Of a stretch of DNA of 64,000 nucleotides, positions 10,681 through 19,848 are shown piece after piece. Source of the stretch: Leptolyngbyaceae cyanobacterium (lineage in GTDB: Bacteria > Cyanobacteriota > Cyanobacteriia > Phormidesmidales > Phormidesmidaceae); NCBI GenBank assembly GCA_965263355.1, contig CBDHHL010000032.1, positions 3,808,001 to 3,872,000 on the forward strand, written 5' to 3'. How positions within the stretch are numbered: the first letter of the stretch is position 1; the number at the start of each line of letters is the position of its first letter. A model generated the notes under the pieces. The model was not told the DNA's origin, did no database searches, and saw only the letters and a program-made list of their open reading frames with translations. The position numbers and the translations under genes are program-made.

Positions 10681-11393
10681 GGGTTGACCAATGAATCGAG
10701 GGGGGCATCAATGGTATTTGCTGGGATTGGCTGGAGCCGAAAGCCAACCCCGCGAATAGTTTGGATCAGAGATTTATGGGCTCGCGCGCTGAGTTTACGA
10801 CGTAGATAACCAATGTATACGTCCACCACATTGGAGTCATTGGCAAAGTCAAAGTTCCAGACGTGTTCGGCAATTTGGGTACGTGTGAGTACCTGACCGG
10901 GATGGCGCATTAGATATTCTAAAAGGGCGAATTCTCGTTGGCTCAAGTTGATGAGACTACCGTTCCAGCACACTTGATGTTGTACCAGATTCATGGTCAA
11001 ACCACCCACTTGTAATACGGTGTTAGTTTGTAGGGGAGGTCGTCGGAGCAAGGCTCGGAGTCGTGCCAGTAATTCTGAAAATGAAAAGGGTTTGACTAAA
11101 TAATCGTCGGCTCCGGCATCAAGGCCTTTTACACGGTCGTCGATGGAATCCAGGGCGGTGAGTAGGAGGATGGGGGCATGGCTGCCGCGATCGCGCAGTT
11201 GCCTAACCAAATTTAACCCGTCGATCTGGGGCAGCAGGATATCCAGAATCATCAGGTCATAGGTGGCAAGCAAGGCAAAGTGCAGTCCTTTTTGACCATC
11301 TTCTGCAAGGTCAACGGCATAGCCAGCCTCGGTAAGGCCCTGGCAGATAAACTGAGCAATCTCGGGTTCGTCTTCGACAACAAGTAGACGCAT
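10659..11393 (-). CDS. OmpR-family response regulator
   Basis: MRLLVVEDE start at 11393; LDILLP; GADDYLVKPF; winged helix VDVYIGYLRRKL..IQTIRGVG; overlaps the kinase start. Confidence 0.95.
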   Translation of the reverse strand: MRLLVVEDEPEIAQFICQGLTEAGYAVDLAEDGQKGLHFALLATYDLMILDILLPQIDGLNLVRQLRDRGSHAPILLLTALDSIDDRVKGLDAGADDYLVKPFSFSELLARLRALLRRPPLQTNTVLQVGGLTMNLVQHQVCWNGSLINLSQREFALLEYLMRHPGQVLTRTQIAEHVWNFDFANDSNVVDVYIGYLRRKLSARAHKSLIQTIRGVGFRLQPIPANTIDAPLDSLVNPWVTPSD

Positions 11394-11712
11394 GATGATT
11401 TCACCCTGGCAATGGTGAAGGGAATACAATTAATCGGCCTGACTGTAGAGTAGCGTCATCACCAGGGAGAGAAGATTGAATCATGGATTTTTTCAAGCTT
11501 TGATTTTTGGCGGTCCATAAGACTTTATCTAAGGCAACTTCTGGACTCTCTATAAATCAAGGAATGCCAGGTATGTAAAGCGATAGATGTATTTTGGGAT
11601 ACGTTTTTCGTGCAGAATTCAACTCGATATTTTTGAGCTGAATTTCAGAGGATTCCATCGCAATAGTGTATTTCAGGGGCAGGCTTTGAATAAAAGCAAA
11701 CCAGAATAGGCT

Positions 11713-11739
11713 TGCTATAATCTGACTAGTGCTGGTCAG
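11713..11739 (+). promoter_or_regulatory. Extended -10 promoter plus inverted-repeat operator of the TA operon
   Basis: TGcTATAAT (11713-11721) directly followed by CTGACTAG-tg-CTGGTCAG (7 of 8 bp inverted repeat). Confidence 0.6.
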
Positions 11740-11746
11740 GAAGCCA

Positions 11747-12061
11747 ATGCTTATGTCTGTAAACTCTATGAGCCCTCAAGATGCATCCATCGTCCAGCTT
11801 GATGGGCTGAAGACTTGGAAGTTAGAAGATGCGAAAAGTCGCTTTAGCGAAGTGGTGCGCTTGGCTAAGCAAACTGAGCCTCAACGGATTACCGTGCGCG
11901 GTGAGGATGCGGTGGTGATTATTTCATCCCAACTATTTGAAAAGCTGATGCCATTGTTAGCTCAACCTAGTTTGCATGCGCTACTGTCTCAATCACCTCT
12001 AAGTAAGTTAGATTTCGAGCCTGCCAGTGTGGAATCACCTGTGAGGGACGTTGAGTTTTGA
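11747..12061 (+). CDS. Phd/YefM family antitoxin
   Basis: WKLEDAKSRFSEVV...PQRITVRGEDAVV motif; 4-bp overlap with the downstream PIN toxin. Start is uncertain (11747, 11753 or 11768). Confidence 0.9.
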   Translation: MLMSVNSMSPQDASIVQLDGLKTWKLEDAKSRFSEVVRLAKQTEPQRITVRGEDAVVIISSQLFEKLMPLLAQPSLHALLSQSPLSKLDFEPASVESPVRDVEF

Positions 12062-12489
12062 AGGGTTGGTTGCTAGATACCAATATTGTTTCGGAGTTGA
12101 GAAAAACAAACTGCAATTCTGCCGTGAAAGCTTGGAGTGAGCAGCAGGTGCCTCAGTCGTTTTATCTGAGTACGGTAACGCTTGCTGAGATCCGCTTTGG
12201 TATTGCTCGTGTAAAGGAACCTGGTTTTGCTGATGAGTTGACGCACTGGTTGGACAATACTCTAAGACCATGGTTTAAGAGTCGTATTCTAGCTATTGAT
12301 GAGGATACGATTTTGCTCTGGCGGCAGATCGTAGAGCAGGGACGTAAACGTGGATATACGTATAGTCAGCCAGATTTGTTTATTAGTGCACTGGCAAGTC
12401 AGCATGAGCTTTGTGTGGCAACACGCAATGTCAAAGACTTTCTAGAAGCGGGTACAACAGTTTTTAATCCATTTGATTTTGTGCAATGA
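12058..12489 (+). CDS. vapC: VapC family PIN-domain toxin
   Basis: LLDTNIVSE, TLAEI, DLFI and TRNVKDF acidic PIN motifs; ends FNPF. Confidence 0.93.
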   Translation: MKGWLLDTNIVSELRKTNCNSAVKAWSEQQVPQSFYLSTVTLAEIRFGIARVKEPGFADELTHWLDNTLRPWFKSRILAIDEDTILLWRQIVEQGRKRGYTYSQPDLFISALASQHELCVATRNVKDFLEAGTTVFNPFDFVQ

Positions 12490-13106
12490 GAGATTTTAAT
12501 GGTTGCATCAATTTGAATTTTGGTTTCGTATTGCGTAATGCTTAAATTCATTTCTGAGCAGGTTTTTGAGTGGCTAATTTGACTGTCCTTCAATGCTATC
12601 AATGATTATATCGAGTAGAGTGAGTAATGCTGGAATGTCGATTTCAGCAGTTTTCCAGACTTCGTCCATATCTTATGTTGTTTGGGTATTCAGGTGATGC
12701 TCAAAGCGATTGGGAAAATGCTGAGAAAATTTATCGAAGTCCGTTAAGGCGATTTTTCTTTTACTGGCATCAGCCCCTAATCAACCTCGAAAAAAAGCAT
12801 GGGAGCCATTATTGTTATGGCTTAATAATCAAGCGTTGCTTCGGTTCGTAAGAACAGTCGGTAATGTCAGTATCATCGCTATTTTGATGTACGTAGGCTC
12901 AGAAAAGCAGCGTATGAATGTAAGTACTGTAAATAAGTAGGTTAGCTAGAAGTTCCTCAAATTAACCAATGACTTTTGAAACATTCTGTGGCCTTTACCG
13001 TCTAGTTCTACAGACGGGCTAGCTGCCTGTTTGCTCAGGGGCTGTACTGACTGTGTTCAGACACATCTACTACTTGTCTGATTAGCATCACAATTACACG
13101 TCACGT

Positions 13107-14021
13107 ATGCAAGTCGTTAAGCAAACGTCTTCAGAGCTGTCTCTGAGGAATCAGCCCTCGCGCTTTAATAAAGGATTGATCGGTCTCTGGGCCCTGTTAT
13201 TTTCCGGCATTCCCCTGGCGATGATGGGGGGATGGCTCTATGGCTTGGGTGTTACTCAGCTGCAGTGTCAGCGGGTAGAACCGAGTCAGGTGAGGTGCGA
13301 TCGCACCCAATCCCGTCTCCTGGGCCTGATGCCGGGTCCCTCTACCACAGTGGACCAGGTCACCGCTCGCACCCAATCCCGTCTCCTGGGCCTGATGCCG
13401 GGTCCCTCTACCACAGTGGACCAGGCTGAGATGAAGACCCAAACCAGCGTTGATGGCGATGGTAGTCGCCATGTGGACTACTGGGTTGTACTACAAACCC
13501 TGAACGGCGAAGTTACCTATGTAGAAGACCCCATCCGGATCAATGGTCGCAAAGGCTCTGCCAATGAAATGCAGGCAATTGCGGATCAGATCAATACGTT
13601 CTTATCTTCTGAGCACACTGCCGTGACCCTGCAGCGGGATATGCGTCTGCGTTTGGGGTATAGCATTTTCCCCCTCGGATTTATGGGGCTATTTGTACTG
13701 ATTGGCAGTACTGTTGTGTATTTTACCTTCCAGTCAGAAGAACTGGTCTTTGATAAGACAGCGCGACAGTTTCGGTGCGATCGCAAAACTCTCTTTGGTC
13801 AACGAACCTGGCAATACTCTCTGAATGAAATTCAGTATGTCATGGTCGATACCCAAACCGATAGCAATGGCGATGTCCTCTATGCACTCAAGCTTTTATC
13901 TGAACAGGGGAAGTTGGAGTTCATTCCTGGACCTAAGGATCAAGTAGAAAAGGCCTATCAAGTTATTCATGAATTTCTAAGGTCAAGTCCGATTTTGGTC
14001 CCTGTCAGTGTAGAAAATTAA
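13107..14021 (+). CDS. Hypothetical membrane protein (2 TM) with an internal 22-aa-period duplication
   Basis: Two hydrophobic segments, a C-x8-C motif and the repeated peptide RTQSRLLGLMPGPSTTVDQ. Confidence 0.75.
   Translation: MQVVKQTSSELSLRNQPSRFNKGLIGLWALLFSGIPLAMMGGWLYGLGVTQLQCQRVEPSQVRCDRTQSRLLGLMPGPSTTVDQVTARTQSRLLGLMPGPSTTVDQAEMKTQTSVDGDGSRHVDYWVVLQTLNGEVTYVEDPIRINGRKGSANEMQAIADQINTFLSSEHTAVTLQRDMRLRLGYSIFPLGFMGLFVLIGSTVVYFTFQSEELVFDKTARQFRCDRKTLFGQRTWQYSLNEIQYVMVDTQTDSNGDVLYALKLLSEQGKLEFIPGPKDQVEKAYQVIHEFLRSSPILVPVSVEN
13301..13425. repeat. 59-bp identical direct repeat, 66-bp period
   Basis: 13301-13359 is identical to 13367-13425. Confidence 0.95.
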
Positions 14022-14054
14022 ATTCTGATAGACGTCTAACAAAGTCATCAAACT

Positions 14055-14093
14055 AAAAGATCCCTCGCTTCAATATGAAGAAAGGGATCTTTT
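14055..14093. terminator. Bidirectional intrinsic terminator
   Basis: AAAAGATCCCT...AGGGATCTTTT between convergent genes. Confidence 0.75.
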
Positions 14094-14158
14094 AATTAAT
14101 AATATGTGGGTTGATTTAAGCCCCCATGTTTTTACCTAGGAGATAGGCAGACAATTGT

Positions 14159-14344
14159 CTAGACGTCTTGGTTGTACTTTACACCCCGGTAGGTAAGCTG
14201 TATGCGCTGATGGGGGTGGCTAGGAACCTTAAATGCTTTGCGCTTAAGGGGAGCACCGCGATAGGTGCCAATGCTTTCAGTGTCAGTGACTTGAACGTTT
14301 TCGAAGTGAGCTTCGTAGCTAGCACCGTGGAATGAAAGTTTCAT
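14159..14344 (-). CDS. DUF4278 domain small protein
   Basis: MKLSFHGASY...YRGA...LTYRGVKY repeated YRG motifs; GGAGG RBS. Confidence 0.88.
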   Translation of the reverse strand: MKLSFHGASYEAHFENVQVTDTESIGTYRGAPLKRKAFKVPSHPHQRIQLTYRGVKYNQDV

Positions 14345-14432
14345 CTCGGTTCCTCCAAATGTGTAGATGCCATGACAAAAGTTCCTAGCAAGTTAGATAA
14401 TTGCCAGAAGTTTTTGCCAATAAGCATAAAAC

Positions 14433-14448
14433 TGTGTAATTGAATACA
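14433..14448. promoter_or_regulatory. CRP/NtcA-like palindromic site
   Basis: TGTG-N8-TACA with flanking arms AAACTGT...ACAGTTT, ~90 bp upstream of the DUF4278 gene. Confidence 0.45.
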
Positions 14449-14528
14449 GTTTATATTTTATGGAAATGTATAAAGGGAAAGTTAGCAAAGCTTAAAGTTT
14501 AAGTTAATGTTTGCTTAACTATGCAATG

Positions 14529-14544
14529 AGTGATTTAAATCACA
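14529..14544. promoter_or_regulatory. CRP (SyCRP1)-type binding site
   Basis: AGTGA-TTTAAA-TCACA, a 9/10 match to TGTGA-N6-TCACA. Confidence 0.55.
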
Positions 14545-14559
14545 CTCAAGTTAATTCGC

Positions 14560-14890
14560 ACTACGACAGGTCCTGATGTCAATGACGTGACCACTGTGGC
14601 AGAGGGAATTGATGGTGTGTAACGCTCACAACCACAGCTGCTGATGGCAAAGCACCCATAAAATAACGGGTGAAGACGGTCAGCTTACCCGGACATCAAC
14701 TGGTTCCTGTGGTAATGAGCGCTCAGTGATCCGCAGTCGCTAGTGCAGTGTCAACACTAAAAAGTAGGATTCTGTCTTGATGCAGAGTACTAGCGTCAGC
14801 CATGCCCCCAAGGCTATAGGGTAAAGCGTCATGCTTTATCCCGTTTGACTCTTCACGCTTTACTAGCCTCATCCTAAATCTTAGGCTTGA
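14560..14890 (+). ncRNA. Candidate structured non-coding RNA (family not recognised)
   Basis: Several nested complementary stems (see findings); no long ORF; G-U pairs favour the + strand. Confidence 0.4.
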
Positions 14891-14897
14891 CGGACCA

Positions 14898-16973
14898 CTA
14901 ATTTGATGTTGCCAAGCCCAAGCTATCTAACATAAAGGCATACTCAAAGGCAGTTTCTTTGAGCCAGCCATAGCGTCCGGAGGCACCACCATGGCCTGCA
15001 TCCATATTGGTCTTGAGGAGCAATTGGTTTTGATCGGTTTTTAGCTCCCGCAGTTTTGCTGTCCACTTGGCAGGCTCCCAATAGGAGACTCTTGGATCGT
15101 TGAGTCCGCCAGTGATCAACAGATTGGGATAGTCCTGGGCGATAACGTTGTCATAGGGAGAGTACGACTTCATATAGTCGTAGTATTCTTTCTCATTTGG
15201 GTTGCCCCATTCGTCCCATTCCATAACGGATAGGGGCAAGCTGGGGTCCAAAATAGTGGTCAGAACATCAACGAAGGGAACGGCTGCGAGGGCAACCTTA
15301 AATAAATCAGGTCGCATGTTTAGCACAGTGCCGATCAGCAATCCACCGGCGCTGCCACCATAAATGGCCAGTTTGTTAGCGCTAGTCCATTGGTTCTCAA
15401 TCAGATACTCGGCGCAGGCAATAAAGTCGGTAAAAGTATTTTTCTTATAAAGAAATTTGCCGTCTTCGTACCAGGGGCGGCCCATTTCGCCACCACCACG
15501 AATATGGGCAATGGCATAGACAACACCCCGATCCAATAGCGATAGTTGAATCGAGGAGAAGTAGGCCGATGATGATGCCCCATAGGAACCATAGCCATAG
15601 AGAAAAAGAGGGGTGTTGCCATCGCGCTGCATGCCTTTTTTGTACACCAGGGAGATGGGGACTTCAGTGCCGTCTGTTGCTTTAGCCATAAGCCATTCGC
15701 TGTTGTATAGGCTACGGTCATAGCCGCCTAACACGGGAGTTTCTTTTTTGAGTTCCCGCCCATGGGTGTCCATGTCATAATCAAACACTGATGGGGGAGT
15801 GATTAATGAGGTATAGGTAAATCGTAGAATTTTGTTGTCAAATTCAGGCATAACGCCGGGCCACACTGAATAGGTTGGTTCGGGAAAATCTAAGGTGGTT
15901 TCTTCCCCTGTGGAGAGTTTCTGAATACGAATGGTGGGTAGTCCCCCCTGACGTTCATAAATGACCAGGTGATCGATAAAGGCACTGACGCCATTGAGTT
16001 GTACATCAGGGCGATGGGGAATGATGGTTTGCCAATTTTCTTTGCTAAAGTTGTTGGCCATTGCCACCATTAGTTTTGAATTGATGGCATCTTCGTTGGT
16101 AACGATGTAAAAACGATCAGGTTCTTTTTCATTGCCAGGATGGTGAGAGATCGAATACTCTACCCCATGTTGACGTGGACAAAATATCCGAAATTCTCCG
16201 TCTGGATTGTTGGCATCCAAAATGTGTATTTCAGAGGTGATTTTACTATTGCAGGAAATGATTAAATAGGCATCACTGCGGGTACCGCCCACGGAGAGAT
16301 AAAAGGCTTCATCAGGTTCTTCGTAGATCAGTTGATCGTGACTGGGATTTTCCCCTAGGCGATGTTTCCATACCTGGTAAGGCCGATGGGCGTCATCTAG
16401 CCGAGTGTAAAACACGGTTTGGTTGTCATTGGCCCATACCACTTCACTCATGTCTTCAATTTTTTCTGGAGATAGTTTGCCTGTCGTTAGATCTTTGAAT
16501 TCCAACGTGCAGCGCTCTGACCCGTCAATGTCCGTTGCATAGGCTAACAGCTGATGGTTGGGACTGATTTCATAGTCACCCAAGGCAAAAAACTCATGAC
16601 CTTCAGCCAGTTCGTTTTCGTTGAGTAAAATCTCTTCGGGGGCCTCCAAACTGCCTTGTTTACGACATAAAATTCGGTAAGCTTTGCCTGCTTCGGTGCG
16701 GCTGTAGTAAAAATAATCGTCGTCTTTGGTGGGCACGGATAGGTCGGTTTCCTGGATCCGCCCGAGCATTTCTTCGTATAGGGTTTGCCGAAACTCCTTA
16801 GTGTGATCTGTTTGAGCTTCGGCATAGGCGTTTTCGGCATTAAGATACGCTAGGGTGTCTGGGGAGTTGCGATCGCACAGCCAGTAATAGTTATCAATCC
16901 GAATATCTCCATGTTTTTCAAGTGTTTTTGGCTGTTTTTTAGCAATAGGTGCTCCAGACGTACTCAAAACCAT
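14898..16973 (-). CDS. ptrB: Oligopeptidase B (S9A prolyl oligopeptidase family)
   Basis: DNYYWL N-terminus, GGSAGG nucleophile, NDPRV and GHGG catalytic Asp/His motifs. Confidence 0.93.
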   Translation of the reverse strand: MVLSTSGAPIAKKQPKTLEKHGDIRIDNYYWLCDRNSPDTLAYLNAENAYAEAQTDHTKEFRQTLYEEMLGRIQETDLSVPTKDDDYFYYSRTEAGKAYRILCRKQGSLEAPEEILLNENELAEGHEFFALGDYEISPNHQLLAYATDIDGSERCTLEFKDLTTGKLSPEKIEDMSEVVWANDNQTVFYTRLDDAHRPYQVWKHRLGENPSHDQLIYEEPDEAFYLSVGGTRSDAYLIISCNSKITSEIHILDANNPDGEFRIFCPRQHGVEYSISHHPGNEKEPDRFYIVTNEDAINSKLMVAMANNFSKENWQTIIPHRPDVQLNGVSAFIDHLVIYERQGGLPTIRIQKLSTGEETTLDFPEPTYSVWPGVMPEFDNKILRFTYTSLITPPSVFDYDMDTHGRELKKETPVLGGYDRSLYNSEWLMAKATDGTEVPISLVYKKGMQRDGNTPLFLYGYGSYGASSSAYFSSIQLSLLDRGVVYAIAHIRGGGEMGRPWYEDGKFLYKKNTFTDFIACAEYLIENQWTSANKLAIYGGSAGGLLIGTVLNMRPDLFKVALAAVPFVDVLTTILDPSLPLSVMEWDEWGNPNEKEYYDYMKSYSPYDNVIAQDYPNLLITGGLNDPRVSYWEPAKWTAKLRELKTDQNQLLLKTNMDAGHGGASGRYGWLKETAFEYAFMLDSLGLATSN

Positions 16974-17175
16974 TAGCTCCTTCAGGATGTCTTTTTTCTA
17001 GAATACTGAGCCAATGACATTTTGGGGGAATCACCACTCACTACCCTAACGTCCTACCAGGCATGAGCCAAGGCGTAACGATGGGCTCAGGGGAAGCTCA
17101 CGACTCACTGCCACCGGGCATCTCAACTAAGACCGCTATATACTAATCGGACCTGCTCCTTTTTTGACCGAGTTT

Positions 17176-18606
17176 ATGGCTGATCTAATCCTGTTTTGGC
17201 ACCGTCGCGACCTACGTATTAGCGATAATCTAGGCCTCGCCGCTGCGCGGGAACGGAGCCCTAAGGTGGTGGGTATTTTTTGTCTGGACCCTGGGATTTT
17301 AAACGCTGACGATGTGGCTCCAGCTCGGGTGACCTACATGATTGGTTGTTTGGTTCAGCTGCAGAAACGCTATCAAGAGGCGGGCAGTGAACTGCTGATT
17401 CTACAAGGTGAACCCCAAATAGAAATTCCTCAGGTTGCCGCCACGTTGGGTGCGATCGCTATTTACTGGAATCGTGATGTGGAACCCTACTCGCGTGCTC
17501 GGGACAATGCAGTGGCCGCAGCTCTTAAGGAGAAGGGCATTGAAATGCACACGACTACTTGGGATCAGTTGCTGCACGCGCCAGGGGAGGTGATGACTGG
17601 AACCGGTAAGCCCTATACGGTCTATGGTCCCTTTTGGCGCAACTGGCAACGGTCGGTGAAGGCCGCGCCTGTGGAAACGTTGCAAGGTGCTGTGGGATTG
17701 AGTGATGCTGAGCGCGATAAGGTGGATGCGATCGCCCTGCCCTCGGCTCAGGATCTAGGCTTTATTTGGCATGCACCGTTACCCCTAGAGCCCGGTGAAC
17801 CGGCTGCCCGCGAACAACTAGCGACATTTGGCCAGCAAGCGATTGCTGCCTATGACGAGCAACGTAATTTTCCAGCGGTTATAGGCACCTCCATGCTGAG
17901 TGCGGCCCTGAAATTTGGGGCCATCGGTATACGGGAGGTCTGGCAAACGGCGACTATGGCCTATGATGCCAGTCGCAGCGATGAGGCCCGGACCAATGTG
18001 CAAACCTGGATGAAGGAACTGGCCTGGCGAGAGTTTTACCAGCATGTCATGTATTTCTTTCCAGAGCTGTCAGGTGGCCCCTACCGAGACGCGTGGAAAA
18101 ACTTTCCTTGGGACAATGATACGGTCCAGTTTGAGGCCTGGTGTGAGGGGCGCACAGGCTATCCCATGGTGGATGCGGCCATGCGTCAGCTCAATCAAAC
18201 TGGGTGGATGCACAACCGTTGTCGCATGATTGTAGCGAGCTTTCTGACCAAAGATTTAATCATCGACTGGCGTTGGGGGGAGAAGTATTTTATGCAAATG
18301 CTGGTCGATGGTGATCTCAGTGCTAACAATGGTGGTTGGCAATGGAGTGCTTCCAGCGGTATGGATCCTAAGCCGTTGAGAATTTTTAATCCCGCTAGCC
18401 AGGCTAAAAAGTTTGATGCTGATGCAGAGTATATTCGTCAGTGGCTCCCCGAAATTCGTCATGTCGATACGGGGGCGTTGGTCAGCGCTAAACTCTCACC
18501 GCTCGATTTAGAGGGGACTGGCTATAGTACGCCCATTGTTGACCACAAAAAACAACAGGCGCTCTTTAAAGAACGTTATAAAGAACAAAAAGCCAAACTA
18601 AAATAA
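17176..18606 (+). CDS. phrA: Deoxyribodipyrimidine photolyase (class I CPD photolyase)
   Basis: WHRRDLRISDN, WREFY, GRTGYPMVDAAMRQL..TGWMHNR.RM and NNGGWQW motifs. Confidence 0.94.
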   Translation: MADLILFWHRRDLRISDNLGLAAARERSPKVVGIFCLDPGILNADDVAPARVTYMIGCLVQLQKRYQEAGSELLILQGEPQIEIPQVAATLGAIAIYWNRDVEPYSRARDNAVAAALKEKGIEMHTTTWDQLLHAPGEVMTGTGKPYTVYGPFWRNWQRSVKAAPVETLQGAVGLSDAERDKVDAIALPSAQDLGFIWHAPLPLEPGEPAAREQLATFGQQAIAAYDEQRNFPAVIGTSMLSAALKFGAIGIREVWQTATMAYDASRSDEARTNVQTWMKELAWREFYQHVMYFFPELSGGPYRDAWKNFPWDNDTVQFEAWCEGRTGYPMVDAAMRQLNQTGWMHNRCRMIVASFLTKDLIIDWRWGEKYFMQMLVDGDLSANNGGWQWSASSGMDPKPLRIFNPASQAKKFDADAEYIRQWLPEIRHVDTGALVSAKLSPLDLEGTGYSTPIVDHKKQQALFKERYKEQKAKLK

Positions 18607-18766
18607 GTAGATGAGCACAATTAATTTCAAAATCCTGGAAGCCCCCTAAATCCCCCAATTCTGAGGGACTTTGAGTTCCGAAGCCCCCAGAATTAGGGGT
18701 TGAGGGCCTTTTCAAAAGTGTCATCCTTGAAAAGTTCTTGTGTAAGTTATTTTGCCTACCTACTTA
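18604..18766. mobile_element. MITE-like element: imperfect 23-bp terminal inverted repeats enclosing a GC-rich dispersed repeat
   Basis: Left end TAAGTAGATGAGCACAATTAATT vs reverse complement of right end TAAGTAGGTAGGCAAAATAACTT (17/23 match); internal CCCCCTAAATCCCCCAATTCTG...CCCCCAGAATTAGGGGTTGAGGG at 18641-18708. Confidence 0.55.
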
Positions 18767-19084
18767 GCGGTGTGTAAGTGCTTAATTACACATAGCATCT
18801 CGAATGTTATAAAGATTGCGTCAAGCCTGAAATTCTCGGCAGGAAGGTGAGTCTTAAGTTGTGAAGAGTCATAAGTGTTTTTCCCCGTTGATAGATGTTA
18901 ATGCTGGTCTGTCATGGGGGAAAATTCTGTTTTTCTCACAGGTTATCCGGATTTTTAGCAGATTATCTTGATTAAATCTTTATAACAGGGTTTTTCTACG
19001 CCAAAAATTGGGCAAATTTGAAGGTAAGTCGTTATAACGACTGCATGATGGCAATGGCAATGCACTTATAAGGAATGAAGCGAT

Positions 19085-19363
19085 ATGACAAATTCAGGTG
19101 GAGTTGAAGGGGCTGACAAGAAAGTTGTAGCCGGTATTTTAGGTATCTTGTTGGGTGCCCTTGGCATCCATAAGTTTTATCTGGGATATACCAATGAAGG
19201 CATCATTATGTTGCTGGTTTGCCTCATTGGCGGTACGGTAACTTGTGGCGTTGGCTCGGCTGTGGTTGGTGTGATTGGTCTAGTTGAAGGGATTCTATAT
19301 TTGACTAAGTCAGATGAAGAATTTGTCAGTACCTATGTTACTAACAAAAAGCCCTGGTTCTAA
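19085..19363 (+). CDS. TM2-domain membrane protein
   Basis: KKVVAGILGILLGALGIHKFYLG TM2 signature; ends KKPWF. Confidence 0.92.
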   Translation: MTNSGGVEGADKKVVAGILGILLGALGIHKFYLGYTNEGIIMLLVCLIGGTVTCGVGSAVVGVIGLVEGILYLTKSDEEFVSTYVTNKKPWF

Positions 19364-19816
19364 GTGAGGGGCATGTTATTGCCAAAATCATTAATCTATT
19401 TGCGCCTGGGGCTATTGGGAGCGCTGTGTACACCGCTCTTGATAGTGGTGCTGACGTTATTTGGATATGATATATCGCTGTGGGGATGTCCGCTGAAAGC
19501 ATTGGTGGGCATCCCTTGCCCTACTTGGGGGATGACACGAGCGGTGTTTGCGATCGCGCACAATCAATGGTCAGCCGCTGTAGAGTACCACCTACTAGCT
19601 CCCCTGGTTGTCATTTTATGGGCAGTGGCCCTTGTCCAGGTCAGTATTGAACTTTGGACTAAGCGTCTATGGAGTTGCTGGTGGCAGCGTCGCAGTCTAT
19701 GGTATGTAGGGCTTATAATAACGTTTGGATACCACGCTTTCCGATTATACGGACTCTGGGTTTCAGGTGTACTGGCTACAGATATGCAGCAGTCTTTTCT
19801 AAGGACTCTGCTCTAA
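19364..19816 (+). CDS. DUF2752-like membrane protein
   Basis: CPLKALVGIPCPTWGMTRA motif; abuts the TM2 gene. Confidence 0.85.
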   Translation: MRGMLLPKSLIYLRLGLLGALCTPLLIVVLTLFGYDISLWGCPLKALVGIPCPTWGMTRAVFAIAHNQWSAAVEYHLLAPLVVILWAVALVQVSIELWTKRLWSCWWQRRSLWYVGLIITFGYHAFRLYGLWVSGVLATDMQQSFLRTLL

Positions 19817-19848
19817 ATCAAAGCAGCTTCTGCGACTAAATAATTGTT

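Noticed and set aside
12627..12851. 74-aa ORF after vapC
   Set aside because: No recognisable motif or clear RBS; probably spurious or a gene remnant.
14345..14430. Glutamine (glnA / downstream-peptide) riboswitch ahead of the DUF4278 gene
   Set aside because: Expected from family association, but I could not match the conserved motif by eye; needs an Rfam scan.
14740..14832. 30-aa hydrophobic minus-strand ORF (MTLYPIALGAWLTLVLCIKTESYFLVLTLH) as a type I toxin
   Set aside because: No convincing RBS or homology evidence, and ORFs this short arise by chance. Not fully excluded as a partner of the structured RNA.
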